Positions 10,316 to 20,583 are shown, numbered from the stretch's first letter. The stretch: DNA of 46,874 nt from Methylococcales bacterium (GCA_009692395.1 SHZG01000001.1:1-46874); one strand, 5' to 3'. Notes: generated from the sequence alone by a model not told the origin. Made by a program: numbers and translations.

Positions 10316-11686
10316 ATGTTGCATAAATCCATCACTCTGCGGCTATTTTTTTCTGAATGTTTGGTACTAATCACTTTCTTCGCGTTGGTAGTATTAACCT
10401 TTGATTATGTTGTAATTGATGGCTTTGCTAAAGATAGATTGCAAGATTTCATGATGAAACTGGAAAAAGAAACAGAAGGATATGTTGCCAAACCAGAGAA
10501 CATTGATGAATTAAAAATGCCCAAACTTTTCAGAGAAGGGCGATTCGGTGATAAAGACTCTGGTCTATATGGCTTTATTGCTGACAATAATCAAGAAATA
10601 TGGCGATCACCTTCAACTAATATAAAGCCACCACCACCGCCAGTTAAATTACCCGCTAACCTGAATAGTAATCAATCGTTATTTCTAAAAGATGACAGCG
10701 ATAAAAGCAAACGGCGTTATGTATTGCATAAAAGCGTGACCCTAAAAAATACCTGCAATCAACCAAATGATTACATTTTAACGGTGAGCGAAGGTGATTT
10801 ATTTGCGAGTACACAAGTTGACAAGCTCAAAGAATCTTTACAAGAATCGATGACGGTATTAGGTTTGGCGTTACTGGTGATTCGGTTCTTAGTATTACGC
10901 TCAGGCTTAAAGCCGTTGCGCAGCATTGTTAAAGACTTAGAAGCCATTGATGAAGGTAAAAAAGAGTTGTTAAACGGGCAATATCCCACCGAACTACAGG
11001 GCATTGTTAGTAATTTAAACGCCTTTATTACGCATGAACGCGTACGCTTAGAACGCCATCGACATCATCTCGCCGATTTAGCCCATAGTTTAAAAACGCC
11101 GTTAGCTATTCTACGCGGTTGCACCGAAAATTTTGAGGGGCAAAAAGACACCGTGAATGAGCAAATCACCCGAATGGATGACATTATCACTTATCAACTA
11201 CAACGCGCTTCTGTTAAAGTTGAACACACCGTGATTAAGCAACTTAACGTCTGCGCTATCATTGACAAAATTCATGTCTCACTTAGTAAAGTGTATCTCG
11301 ATAAAACCATTCAGTTTGATATTGCCATTCCTGAACAATGCTTTGTGTATTGCGAAGAAGGTGATTTATATGAAATTGTTGGCAACCTCATGGATAACGC
11401 CTGTAAATGGTGTAACCACCGTGTCAGCGTGAGCATTGAACTTAAACCGCGTAAAGACCGCCGTAATTATTCGCTGTTATTACACATTGAAGACGACGGT
11501 GCGGGTATTCCCGTCGGCAAATTCAACCAAATTTTAAAACGCGGTACGCGCGTAGATGAAAATATACACGGGCATGGTATTGGGGTCAGCATCGTCAATG
11601 AAATCATTAAGCTACTCGGTGGTAAATTAGACGGTGGCAGAAGTAAGACTCTAGGCGGTATGCACTGGCGAATTTATTTGCCGTAA
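10316..11686 (+). CDS. Sensor histidine kinase (PhoQ-like, two TM helices with a periplasmic domain)
   Basis: H-box LADLAHSLKTPLAIL, N-box MDNACKW and G-box GHGIGVSIV. I chose the ATG at 10316 (MLHKSITL), 1 nt after the regulator stop, rather than the tracked upstream start that overlaps the regulator. Confidence 0.85.
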   Translation: MLHKSITLRLFFSECLVLITFFALVVLTFDYVVIDGFAKDRLQDFMMKLEKETEGYVAKPENIDELKMPKLFREGRFGDKDSGLYGFIADNNQEIWRSPSTNIKPPPPPVKLPANLNSNQSLFLKDDSDKSKRRYVLHKSVTLKNTCNQPNDYILTVSEGDLFASTQVDKLKESLQESMTVLGLALLVIRFLVLRSGLKPLRSIVKDLEAIDEGKKELLNGQYPTELQGIVSNLNAFITHERVRLERHRHHLADLAHSLKTPLAILRGCTENFEGQKDTVNEQITRMDDIITYQLQRASVKVEHTVIKQLNVCAIIDKIHVSLSKVYLDKTIQFDIAIPEQCFVYCEEGDLYEIVGNLMDNACKWCNHRVSVSIELKPRKDRRNYSLLLHIEDDGAGIPVGKFNQILKRGTRVDENIHGHGIGVSIVNEIIKLLGGKLDGGRSKTLGGMHWRIYLP

Positions 11687-11699
11687 TAATGCCATTGGC

Positions 11700-12271
11700 A
11701 CATTCTATACAATTTTTTCATCAGCATTGCTTGAGATAATAATGCTTGGAAAAATACCCATTAATAAGTAACATAGCCGTAGTCGGAATACACTCAGACG
11801 AGTTTAGTTAGACGATTTTACAAAAATCGCTTGAATGTTGACTCTGAGAATAAAGTTACACGCAATCGAATGCGTGTAGCCATTATAAGCGGCGTTATAT
11901 CCTATTGATAACAACGCCAGCTAAACCGACTTAACAAAACACCATGAAGCGGCATAAGCCACTTCATAACAAGAATTTCGGGTTTATGGTTTGACCCTAA
12001 CGCACGATTTATAACGCCTGTTTTCAAACAGAATTTACCACAAGACTGACAATATCGACTTACTATCTGCCCGCGTTAGCTATCATTGCCTTGACCTATT
12101 TAAAGCTCAATCTACAACGCGCCGCTGACGGCATAAAACCACAAAAATTCAGCCAAAAGTCATATTAATCAACCCTATCGCTCTGTTGTACCTATCAATT
12201 TAACTTAACGATGATTAAAACCAGTCAACCCAGTAAACTCTCATGGAGCAGGACACCACAAGGAATATTGA
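11700..12271 (+). promoter_or_regulatory. Long ORF-free, structured leader/5' UTR region upstream of rne
   Basis: About 585 bp with no ORF of 60 aa or more and several stem-loops (for example TACACGCA-ATCGAA-TGCGTGTA). E. coli rne has a 361 nt autoregulatory 5' UTR. The transcription start here is unknown. Confidence 0.4.
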
Positions 12272-14689
12272 ATGAAAAGAATGCTTATCAACGCTACGCA
12301 AGCGGAAGAACTGCGAGTCGCTTTGGTAGATGGTCAAAAGTTATACGATTTTGACATTGAAATCCCATCAAAAGAACAAAAAAAATCCAATATCTACAAA
12401 GGTATTGTCACTCGTGTAGAACCCAGTTTAGAAGCCGCCTTTATTAACTATGGCGCGGAAAAACAAGGCTTTTTACCCTTTAAAGAAATTTCCCCGCTGT
12501 ACCGTCACGCCCAAGAGGGTAGCGAAGAAGGTCGTCGTCCTAGCATCAAAGACTTGATTCGTGAAGGTCAAGAAATTGTCGTCCAAATTGAAAAAGAAGA
12601 ACGCGGCAATAAAGGCGCGGCACTGACAACTTATATTAGTTTGGCAGGTACTTATTTAGTGTTAATGCCTAACAACCCTAAGGCGGGCGGTATTTCCAGA
12701 CGCATTGAAGGCGAAACCCGCAGTGACTTACGCGAAGTTATGGCATCGTTAGAAATCCCTGAAAACATGGGGCTAATTGTCCGTACCGCTGGCTGTGGTA
12801 AAAACGCCGAAGAATTGCAATGGGATTTGAATTATTTAATGCAGTTGTGGGAAGCTATCGACCGTACCGCGAAAGAACAACACGCACCGTTTCTCATCTT
12901 TCAAGAAAGCAATATCATCATCCGCGCCTTACGCGATCATTTGCGCGGTAATATTGATGAGATACTCATCGACAACGAAGAGTCTTTTAAACTGGTACAA
13001 AAGTTTTTAAAACAAGTCATGCCGCATTTTTTGCCCAAAGCAAAACTGTATCAAGACGCTGTACCGTTGTTTAATCGCTATCAAATTGAATCCCAAATTG
13101 AAATCGCTTACGGGCGTGAAGTGTCACTGCCGTCTGGTGGCTCTATCGTCATCGACCATACCGAAGCGTTGACTTCTATCGACATCAACTCTGCCCGCGC
13201 CACTAAAGGCAGTGATATTGAAGAAACCGCGCTCAATACCAATATGGAAGCGGCAGATGAAATTGCCAGACAACTGCGGTTACGCGATTTAGGTGGCTTA
13301 TTTGTCATTGATTTTATCGATATGCTGTCCAATAAAAATCAGCGCACCGTGGAAAATCATTTGCGTGACGCATTGAAAATAGACCGCGCCCGCATTCAAA
13401 CTAGCCGTATCTCACGCTTCGGTTTGTTGGAAATGTCACGCCAACGGATACGTCCTTCTTTAGGTGATTCAACTGCCATACCCTGCCCCCGTTGTAAAGG
13501 TCAAGGCACAATTCGTAATGTTGAATCAGTCGCGCTGTCGGTGTTACGCGTGCTTGAAGAAGAAGCAATGAAAAAAGGCACCGAAAAAGTCATTGCTCAT
13601 TTACCGATTGAATGTGCGACATTCCTATTAAATGAAAAACGCAGTGTCATCGAACAAATTGAAAATCGCTTAAAAGTTGGCATTGTGATTTTGCCAAGCA
13701 GACATTTAGAAACCCCTGCTTATAACATTGACCGCATTAAAGAAAAAGAAACGGGTGATGAAAAACCCAGCTACTTACAAATTAAAGCCGAAGACATTAC
13801 CATTCCTGAGTTTGCTCAACAAAGCAAACATCCAATTGAAAGAGCGGCAGTCAAAGAATTTTTACATGATTCGCCTGCGCCGATACAGAACAAAAATGAT
13901 GCCGCTAGTTTAATTAAGCGTTTTTGGAACAAGCTGGTGCACTGTAGCACTGGAGTAGAAACAGCAACACATTTACCCGAAACGACACTGCCACCCGTTG
14001 TTAGTGCTGAAAAAACACAACCAGCCGAAGGGCAACAAAATAGAAGTCGTAACAACAATAACAGACGTGGCAAAGGCAAAGGCAAAGCGACACAAGATCG
14101 CAACACTACGCAAGATTCAACTTCACCACCGCCTGTGGCTCAAGCAAATCAAGAGCCAGGCCCTGCCCGTCAACAACGTGGCCCAAGCCGTAATGTTAGA
14201 CCTAATATTATACCCGCAGTCACTGTTGAAGCCAATGTGAAAAGTGAAGCCGTTATTGTGCCTCAACCTATTGTTATTCCTGAGGCAGTTAATGAAGTGC
14301 TAGTAACGACTGATACTGACACGGCGATGACGGTAGACGAACAAGCACCCAAGCCTGAAAGAAAAAATAACACGCGTAGAGGGCCAAACCGCAGAAGACC
14401 GCGTAATCCTAACTACAAAAAACCTGAATTAGACAGTGACACCCAACCGTCTTATCACGATGAAGTACCGCACATTGAAATAATTGAAACCGAACCACGT
14501 CCTGCAAAAGCTCGTTCATACAACAGTGAATTCGCTGAACGTGTCGAAAAAATTGAGCGGGCTGAACAGCCAGTGAATACGCCAAGTCCAGTAGAGCATC
14601 ATGCACCTGTTGTAGAAGCTGCACCTACAGCTGAGATTAAAGAAGTCAAAGTTGATGTAATTAAACAAGACTCAAACCCAGAGTCGTAA
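12272..14689 (+). CDS. rne: Ribonuclease E
   Basis: [22 protein letters not shown], an S1 domain, the Zn-link [11 protein letters not shown], and a low-complexity R/P/N-rich C-terminal scaffold. Confidence 0.95.
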   Translation: MKRMLINATQAEELRVALVDGQKLYDFDIEIPSKEQKKSNIYKGIVTRVEPSLEAAFINYGAEKQGFLPFKEISPLYRHAQEGSEEGRRPSIKDLIREGQEIVVQIEKEERGNKGAALTTYISLAGTYLVLMPNNPKAGGISRRIEGETRSDLREVMASLEIPENMGLIVRTAGCGKNAEELQWDLNYLMQLWEAIDRTAKEQHAPFLIFQESNIIIRALRDHLRGNIDEILIDNEESFKLVQKFLKQVMPHFLPKAKLYQDAVPLFNRYQIESQIEIAYGREVSLPSGGSIVIDHTEALTSIDINSARATKGSDIEETALNTNMEAADEIARQLRLRDLGGLFVIDFIDMLSNKNQRTVENHLRDALKIDRARIQTSRISRFGLLEMSRQRIRPSLGDSTAIPCPRCKGQGTIRNVESVALSVLRVLEEEAMKKGTEKVIAHLPIECATFLLNEKRSVIEQIENRLKVGIVILPSRHLETPAYNIDRIKEKETGDEKPSYLQIKAEDITIPEFAQQSKHPIERAAVKEFLHDSPAPIQNKNDAASLIKRFWNKLVHCSTGVETATHLPETTLPPVVSAEKTQPAEGQQNRSRNNNNRRGKGKGKATQDRNTTQDSTSPPPVAQANQEPGPARQQRGPSRNVRPNIIPAVTVEANVKSEAVIVPQPIVIPEAVNEVLVTTDTDTAMTVDEQAPKPERKNNTRRGPNRRRPRNPNYKKPELDSDTQPSYHDEVPHIEIIETEPRPAKARSYNSEFAERVEKIERAEQPVNTPSPVEHHAPVVEAAPTAEIKEVKVDVIKQDSNPES

Positions 14690-14698
14690 GCGATACGG

Positions 14699-14725
14699 TA
14701 GAGACGTTGCAGTTCAACGTCTCTA
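14699..14725. terminator. Family-A palindrome TAGAGACGTTG-CAGTT-CAACGTCTCTA followed by a T-rich tract. Probable bidirectional terminator between convergent rne and dnaE.
   Basis: The stem shares its core with 9527..9555. TTTATATTTT follows on the plus strand. It overlaps the dnaE stop codon at 14723..14725. Confidence 0.65.
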
Positions 14726-17700
14726 TTTATATTTTACCGTCGCATTAAATGCTTTTAACTGCACCAATAATTCATCGGTCGGATGTACCCGCCACGCATC
14801 ACCCAGTTGTAAAGTTGCACGCGCAACCACCGAGCTATACTCAATCACCACAGGACACCGCCCACCTTTAAACGGTGTGAGTGCTGCCGCCAATTCAGTC
14901 ATTACATTATCGACTGTCCACGTCAAAGTCAGATTTTTAGCATAAGCCTCTCTGGCTTGATCGATGTGATATATCTTTTCCACTTTTAACTGCGGCACAT
15001 TTAAATAGTCATTAATTGCCAACACCCCTGCGACAATCAGCACTGCATCTTTATAATCGCTGGAAAAAATACCCTGATAATTATCGAATACTTCATGCTG
15101 AGCCGCTATTTCCAGCCGCCCTGTATTATCATCCAAAATCGCCACGCCACGACTTTTACCTTGTTTGTTTTGCCGTACACCAATGTCAATGGCTAACCCT
15201 GCGACCCGCGCTTTTAAGCCATTACTACGCGCTCGTTCTAAATCTATCATCCACGCACTAATTGATTTAATGCCTAACTCTTTTAATTCTGGTGCGTAAC
15301 TGTCTATCGGATGCCCTGTTAAATACAAGCCTAACACCGTTTTTTCTGCATCCAAGCGGTCTTTAGCTGACCACGGAACAACTGTTGCACTGTAAGTCTG
15401 TGACTCATCGACCGCCGCATCATCACTGACCGCCAAACCAAATAAATCATTCTGACCAGCCGCCGCCATTTTGCCGTGTTGTTCAGCAATTTTTAGCGCG
15501 GTGGGCAATTCGGCTAAATGGGCGGCGCGGTTATCATCAAATGCATCAAACGCCCCTGCACGAATCAACGCCTCCAACACCCGTTTATTAAATTTACGCA
15601 AATCCATGCGGTTACATAAATCATAAAGCCCTGAAAATAAGCCGTTATCATCACGCTCTTTGACCATCTCCTCAATCGCCGCTTCACCCGCACCTTTCAA
15701 CGCGCCTAAGCCATAAACGATGTGTCCTTGTGCATTGACAGTAAATTTATACTTAGACACATTAATCGTCGGCGGCAGAATTTTCAGCTTCATGTGCCGA
15801 CATTCTTCAATCAAAATCACCACTTTATCAGTGTTATCCATATCCGCTGATAACACCGCCGCCATAAATTCAGGCTGATAATGGGCTTTTAACCACGCGG
15901 TTTGATAGGCGACTAGGGCATAAGCGGCAGAATGGCTTTTATTAAAACCATAACCCGCGAATTTTTCCATCAAGTCAAAAACATACGTTGAAATTGATTC
16001 GTCAACGTTATTTTCGGTCGCGCCTTTGGTGAATTTATCGCGCTCCTTCGCCATTTCTTCTGGCTTTTTCTTCCCCATGCAATTATGAGCGATAAAATCA
16101 TTGGCAATGAAGTTATGCGTATCGGGAATAGTTAAATCAAAAACGGCATCTACACCAATATAGTCAATACTGATAATGTCATCCCAAAAAACTTCGGAAT
16201 CTGCAATTGCTAATAATTGTTTATCTTGGAGTGCTTCGGCAAAACGCCTCACTCTATGACGTGATAATTTTTGTCGTGGCTGAGTAAAATTTAATCCACC
16301 CGACATAACTCCTTTATTGACACCAACCGCAGCATCAATCTCCGACCAAGTCATTCCGCTAACCTGTTTGCTCTCGCTGATTAAATGGGTCACTGCCGCT
16401 GGTAATTGATGTTTGGATTGATTTTGTAACTTCTCTTTTACGCGTTCATAACAAAGCTGAGCTTTTTGAGCCTTATCGGCACTTAAAAACGGCTGAATAA
16501 CCGTGCAAAATTTCAGCACATCTTCGCGCCCTGTCACTTGCGCCCGATAGGCAATATACGGCTGTCCTTTATATTGAATAGTTTTTTTATTGAATAACGC
16601 GACTATCCCCAAACGCAATAATAAATATTGAACTTGCTTAATGAGCGTAGGTGAGGTGGAGTTATAATCGGTATGCCCTATTGCAGTATCAAAACTGCCA
16701 TCTGTAGCCCACAACGCCCCCAAAAACAAAGCGGTGTGCGTCGCCGATAATTCATAAACCCACGCGGGAATCTCTTTGTCTCTGGAATGGGCGCGTTTGA
16801 TATGACTATCAACCCATTGCTTAAACGCACTGACAAAACCAATACGCGCATAACAAACGGTTTTGCGTCCGTCATGATATTGAGAATCTAACGGTGCGGA
16901 TTGCCAAAATAGTTTGACACTACAGGCATTAAAATCTTCAATGAACGCCATATCACTGTTACAAAAATAACTGTGTGACGGCTTTTTAGTAGATACATGT
17001 CCATCACCAATTAAATACGCTGTTAATTTGATTTGCGCATCCGTTATGTCGCTTTGCTGAGTAATCGGCAATGTCCGCGCCAAACCAATACTATCACCGA
17101 CTGCAAACTGCTCTAAGGTTTGCCAACCTAGCGGCGTATAAAACAAATGGTCTGACGTTGCACGGATTTTGCGCTGGGTTTTAGTGGTGATTTCCCAAAC
17201 TTCACGCTGTCCATTGGGATAAATTGCGGTTATCGGTTGCGCAACTATTTTTTGCGTCGTTAAATTCACAGAAAATAATTGTCGCCCTAGCCAATACTCT
17301 TGATTATCAGCAATGTCTTGTAAGCTGACGCATTGCCCTGTGGCAACATCCACCACTTGCGTTGAACCACTCAAACAGCGGCGCAGCATATCCGCGCCAC
17401 CCAAGGTATAGAGTGCCATTTCCCGCGCAATTTGCATGACCTGCTCTTGATACAAAATAACGCCGTTGGTGGGTTTTAGTATCGGCTCTAGTAATGGATG
17501 GGCGTATTCGGCTTGTTGGCGTTTGTGTTTGACGTTGACGTAATCATCGACCATGCCAGATTCCAGAGGGCCGGGGCGAAACAATGCTACTAAAGCGATG
17601 ATGTCATCAAAACAATCGGGGCGGAGCTTTTTAATAAGCTCTTTCATACCGCGTGATTCCAATTGGAATACTGCCGTGGTGTCGCCATTTTGTAACAACG

Positions 17701-19495
17701 CGTAAGAGGCGGAGTCGTCTCTGGGAATCAACGTAATATCCACGAGGTCTTTACCTTCGCGGCGTAATCTGGCGTTAATGTCTTGCAACGCCCAATCAAT
17801 AATCGTCAGGGTGCGTAAGCCTAAAAAGTCGAACTTCACTAAACCGACGGCTTCGACATCGTCTTTATCAAACTGGGTGACTAAATTATTGCCTTCTTCA
17901 TCACAATACAACGCGGTGAAATCGGTTAATTTAGTCGGCGAAATCACTACGCCGCCTGCGTGTTTGCCTGCGTTTCTTACTGTGCCTTCCAGTGATAACG
18001 CCATATCAATCAGCGTTTTTACATCTTCTTCGTTGTCATAACGCTGTTTAAGATCGGGGCTATCCTTTAAGGCTTTAGTCAGTGTCATGCCAATTTCAAA
18101 CGGCACTAATTTGGCAAGGCTATCGACAAAACCATAACCCAAACCCGACACCCGCCCGACATCACGAATCACCGCTTTCGCCGCCATTGAACCGTAAGTG
18201 ATAATCTGCGCAACGTGATCGCGTCCGTAATGTTCTGCCACATATTGAATGACTTCATCACGTCTATCCATGCAGAAATCTATATCAAAGTCGGGCATGG
18301 ATACCCGCTCTGGATTTAAAAATCGCTCAAACAGTAAGTCAAATTCTATTGGGTCTAAGTCGGTAATTTTTAGCGCGTAAGCGACCAAAGAACCCGCGCC
18401 CGAACCACGGCCTGGCCCGACGGGAATAAGTTGGTTTTTTGCCCATTGAATAAAATCGGCAACAATTAAGAAATAACCTGAAAACCCCATTTGAGTAATC
18501 ATTTTTAGCTCAAAATCGAGGCGGTCATAATACACGACTCGGTTTTCTGCATCCGTGTGTTTACCGACTGCGGGCGAATGTTGCAAGCGTTCCTCTAAGC
18601 CTTTCAAGGCTTCTTGACTCATGACTTCACTTTGCGTCATGCCATCAGGCACGGGTGTATCAGGTAAAAAGTTGTCCCCCAACGTCAGCGATATATTGCA
18701 GCGTTTAGCGATTTCTACAGTATTGGCTAAGGCCTCAGGAATATCGGCAAATAGTTCTGCCATTTCCTCCGCAGAGCGACAATACTGCTGGTCAGTGTAG
18801 TCTTTAGGACGGCGCGGATCATCTAACACCCGTGATTGATTGATACACACGCGTACTTCGTGGGCGGCAAAATCTTTGCTGTGTAAAAAACGCACATCAT
18901 TGGTGGCAACCACAGGTAAATCCAGTTCCACTGCTAACGCTAATGCGGCGGCAATATAACGCTCTTCATCAGGTTTACCAACGCGTTGCAATTCCAAATA
19001 AAAACTATTTGGAAATAAATCAGCCCAAAAACCCGCCTGCCGCTTTGCCGCTTCAACATTATCCGCCAGTAACGCCTTGCCTATATCACCCGCCATCGCG
19101 CCCGACAACGCAATCAAGCCCGCATGATTAGCCACTAACCATTCCAGTTTGACCATCGGCACGCCTTGATGCTGCCCTTCTTGATACGCTTTAGAAATCA
19201 ACTCCGTTAGCGTCACATAGCCGATATTATTATTGACCAACAAGGTTAAATGGTAAGGATTGGCGGCATCATCGGCATTGAAAATCAACACATCTGCGCC
19301 TGCAATCGGCTTAACGCCCTGCCCTATCGTGGTTTTATAAAACTTAACCAACGAAAATAAATTAGCGTGTTCAGTCATTGCCACAGCGGGCATATTCAGT
19401 TCCAGTAAGCGTTTAACCAAGGGCTTAATCTTGACAATACCGTCTACTAGAGAAAATTCGCTGTGTAATCTGAGGTGTATAAAAGTCGGCTGCAT
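14723..19495 (-). CDS. dnaE: DNA polymerase III alpha subunit DnaE precursor containing an intein (1590 aa; 1158 aa after splicing)
   Basis: N-terminal PHP domain (FIHLRLHSEFSLVDG), palm/fingers motifs and FNKSHSAAYALVAYQTAWLKA. The 432 aa insertion is bounded by splice-junction residues. Confidence 0.95.
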   Translation of the reverse strand: MQPTFIHLRLHSEFSLVDGIVKIKPLVKRLLELNMPAVAMTEHANLFSLVKFYKTTIGQGVKPIAGADVLIFNADDAANPYHLTLLVNNNIGYVTLTELISKAYQEGQHQGVPMVKLEWLVANHAGLIALSGAMAGDIGKALLADNVEAAKRQAGFWADLFPNSFYLELQRVGKPDEERYIAAALALAVELDLPVVATNDVRFLHSKDFAAHEVRVCINQSRVLDDPRRPKDYTDQQYCRSAEEMAELFADIPEALANTVEIAKRCNISLTLGDNFLPDTPVPDGMTQSEVMSQEALKGLEERLQHSPAVGKHTDAENRVVYYDRLDFELKMITQMGFSGYFLIVADFIQWAKNQLIPVGPGRGSGAGSLVAYALKITDLDPIEFDLLFERFLNPERVSMPDFDIDFCMDRRDEVIQYVAEHYGRDHVAQIITYGSMAAKAVIRDVGRVSGLGYGFVDSLAKLVPFEIGMTLTKALKDSPDLKQRYDNEEDVKTLIDMALSLEGTVRNAGKHAGGVVISPTKLTDFTALYCDEEGNNLVTQFDKDDVEAVGLVKFDFLGLRTLTIIDWALQDINARLRREGKDLVDITLIPRDDSASYALLQNGDTTAVFQLESRGMKELIKKLRPDCFDDIIALVALFRPGPLESGMVDDYVNVKHKRQQAEYAHPLLEPILKPTNGVILYQEQVMQIAREMALYTLGGADMLRRCLSGSTQVVDVATGQCVSLQDIADNQEYWLGRQLFSVNLTTQKIVAQPITAIYPNGQREVWEITTKTQRKIRATSDHLFYTPLGWQTLEQFAVGDSIGLARTLPITQQSDITDAQIKLTAYLIGDGHVSTKKPSHSYFCNSDMAFIEDFNACSVKLFWQSAPLDSQYHDGRKTVCYARIGFVSAFKQWVDSHIKRAHSRDKEIPAWVYELSATHTALFLGALWATDGSFDTAIGHTDYNSTSPTLIKQVQYLLLRLGIVALFNKKTIQYKGQPYIAYRAQVTGREDVLKFCTVIQPFLSADKAQKAQLCYERVKEKLQNQSKHQLPAAVTHLISESKQVSGMTWSEIDAAVGVNKGVMSGGLNFTQPRQKLSRHRVRRFAEALQDKQLLAIADSEVFWDDIISIDYIGVDAVFDLTIPDTHNFIANDFIAHNCMGKKKPEEMAKERDKFTKGATENNVDESISTYVFDLMEKFAGYGFNKSHSAAYALVAYQTAWLKAHYQPEFMAAVLSADMDNTDKVVILIEECRHMKLKILPPTINVSKYKFTVNAQGHIVYGLGALKGAGEAAIEEMVKERDDNGLFSGLYDLCNRMDLRKFNKRVLEALIRAGAFDAFDDNRAAHLAELPTALKIAEQHGKMAAAGQNDLFGLAVSDDAAVDESQTYSATVVPWSAKDRLDAEKTVLGLYLTGHPIDSYAPELKELGIKSISAWMIDLERARSNGLKARVAGLAIDIGVRQNKQGKSRGVAILDDNTGRLEIAAQHEVFDNYQGIFSSDYKDAVLIVAGVLAINDYLNVPQLKVEKIYHIDQAREAYAKNLTLTWTVDNVMTELAAALTPFKGGRCPVVIEYSSVVARATLQLGDAWRVHPTDELLVQLKAFNATVKYK
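16082..17377 (-). other. DnaE intein (432 codons, residues 707-1138) with an embedded LAGLIDADG homing endonuclease
   Basis: N-extein ...GGADMLRR | CLSGSTQVVDV (block A). TSDHLFYT (block B). LAGLIDADG motifs LTAYLIGDGHV and FLGALWATDGSF. VFDLTIPDTHNFIAND / FIAHN (blocks F/G) | CMGKKKPEEMA C-extein. Removing it restores the conserved LRRxMGKKK motif and a normal DnaE length. Confidence 0.9.
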
Positions 19496-19618
19496 GGAGG
19501 GTTATAGCTTGGGTTGTGAATGATGGTTCTTACGCTAACGTGCGGGAACTAGGCAGAAACGTAGTTGGGTAGGTACAAGAGCGAGAACTTCATAACAAGC
19601 CACGCTACTTGAGCCAAC

Positions 19619-19652
19619 GTTGCCCCGTTACAGAGTTATGTAACGGGGCAAC
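19619..19652. repeat. Perfect 12 bp-arm palindrome GTTGCCCCGTTA-(10 nt)-TAACGGGGCAAC
   Basis: Lies between the dnaE start and the stop of the 127 aa ORF. No T-run follows, so it looks REP-like rather than a canonical terminator. Confidence 0.6.
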
Positions 19653-19720
19653 GCGACAATGATTTGTAGTATGACTAACTACCGTGCTGATTACACAAGA
19701 TAAACGTAATTAAACTTTTT

Positions 19721-20104
19721 CTATTCTGAGGTTTCAACTTTGAACACGTCAGCGATAAGTGCAAAGTAAGGCTCTAATTGGGGTATTACGGGGATTTTCC
19801 ATTCTTTTCCCACGAAATGTACTAATAAATTATTCAACCAAGGTTTATTTGATTGTGCTTGTTGAATGATAAATGTGTACGATTCTTTATCGCTAATAAT
19901 GCCAAAACCGTCCACCCACACTTCAATCGCTTCGGTTTCACCGTAAAGCATTGTTTGAACGTGTACTTTTCGGGTATCAAGATCAAAACTAAACGCTGTT
20001 AATTCTGCAATACCCTTAAGTACAATATTTGCCACCCAAGTAATCATCACGTTGGGTGTCAATTTTATTGCCATTTTTATTAAACTAGTTTTATAACTCA
20101 TCAT
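19721..20104 (-). CDS. Hypothetical protein (127 aa), no recognisable motif
   Basis: Intact ORF with no competing gene. I recognise no conserved domain. Confidence 0.5.
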   Translation of the reverse strand: MMSYKTSLIKMAIKLTPNVMITWVANIVLKGIAELTAFSFDLDTRKVHVQTMLYGETEAIEVWVDGFGIISDKESYTFIIQQAQSNKPWLNNLLVHFVGKEWKIPVIPQLEPYFALIADVFKVETSE

Positions 20105-20146
20105 GTAGCCTTTATTAATTATGCGGTGAGGGCGTTCCAGTAAACA

Positions 20147-20583
20147 TTAATAGCGTGGTTGCTGAGGATAACTTTGCTGTTGTGGTGGATAGCCTTGGGG
20201 TTGTTGTTGAGGATAACCTTGCTGTTGTGGGTAGCCTTGTTGTGGTTGCTGATAGCCAGCAGGTCTAGTCGGTGGCAATTTGCTACCTGTGATAACCTTG
20301 TTGAGATAGCCTTTTTGCTGCATACAACCATCAATTTTGGGCTGTGGGACTAAGGCTTTAGTAGCAACATTTTTAATGATACTCATGGCATCATTGCCTA
20401 CTGGAGCTTCATCTCCTGCATGCACTTGATCTTCGCAATCTGCGGTCGCACTAGGATCAGCAAGATAGCCTTCACGTCTACCCAGATAGTGCTTTGTTTA
20501 GGTGCTGCTTGGGCGGTTGTGAGTCCTAGTGATAATAATAGACTAACCAACAAGCTCATTTTTAAGGCTGAATTTGAATTCAT
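20147..20583 (-). pseudogene. Secreted protein with a C-terminal GYPQQQ-type Q/P/Y-rich repeat, split by an apparent 1-nt frameshift near 20491..20503
   Basis: ORF 20398..20583 encodes a signal peptide (MSLLVSLLLSLGLTTAQA|AP). The other frame, open from 20497, continues TKHYLGRREGYLADPSATADCEDQVHAGDE... into the 92 aa ORF ending PQQGYPQQQGYPQQQPQGYPPQQQSYPQQPRY. The frames meet at CCTAAACAAAG. Confidence 0.6.

Noticed and set aside
14723-19495. Multiple 60-90 aa ORFs antisense to or out of frame within dnaE (for example 15016..15261, 16678..16875, 17778..18041, 18943..19131). Similar shadow ORFs lie inside mnmA, ilvI, rne, res, bglX, ndvB and murJ.
   Set aside because: All lie wholly inside strongly supported long genes, lack motifs, and have compositions typical of shadow frames.
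20119-20353. Alternative-frame ORFs (20119..20334 minus, 20159..20353 plus) over the Q/P/Y repeat region
   Set aside because: They are frame shadows of the repetitive CAG/CAA/CCN-rich sequence. Only the frame giving GYPQQQ connects to the upstream mature region and signal peptide.
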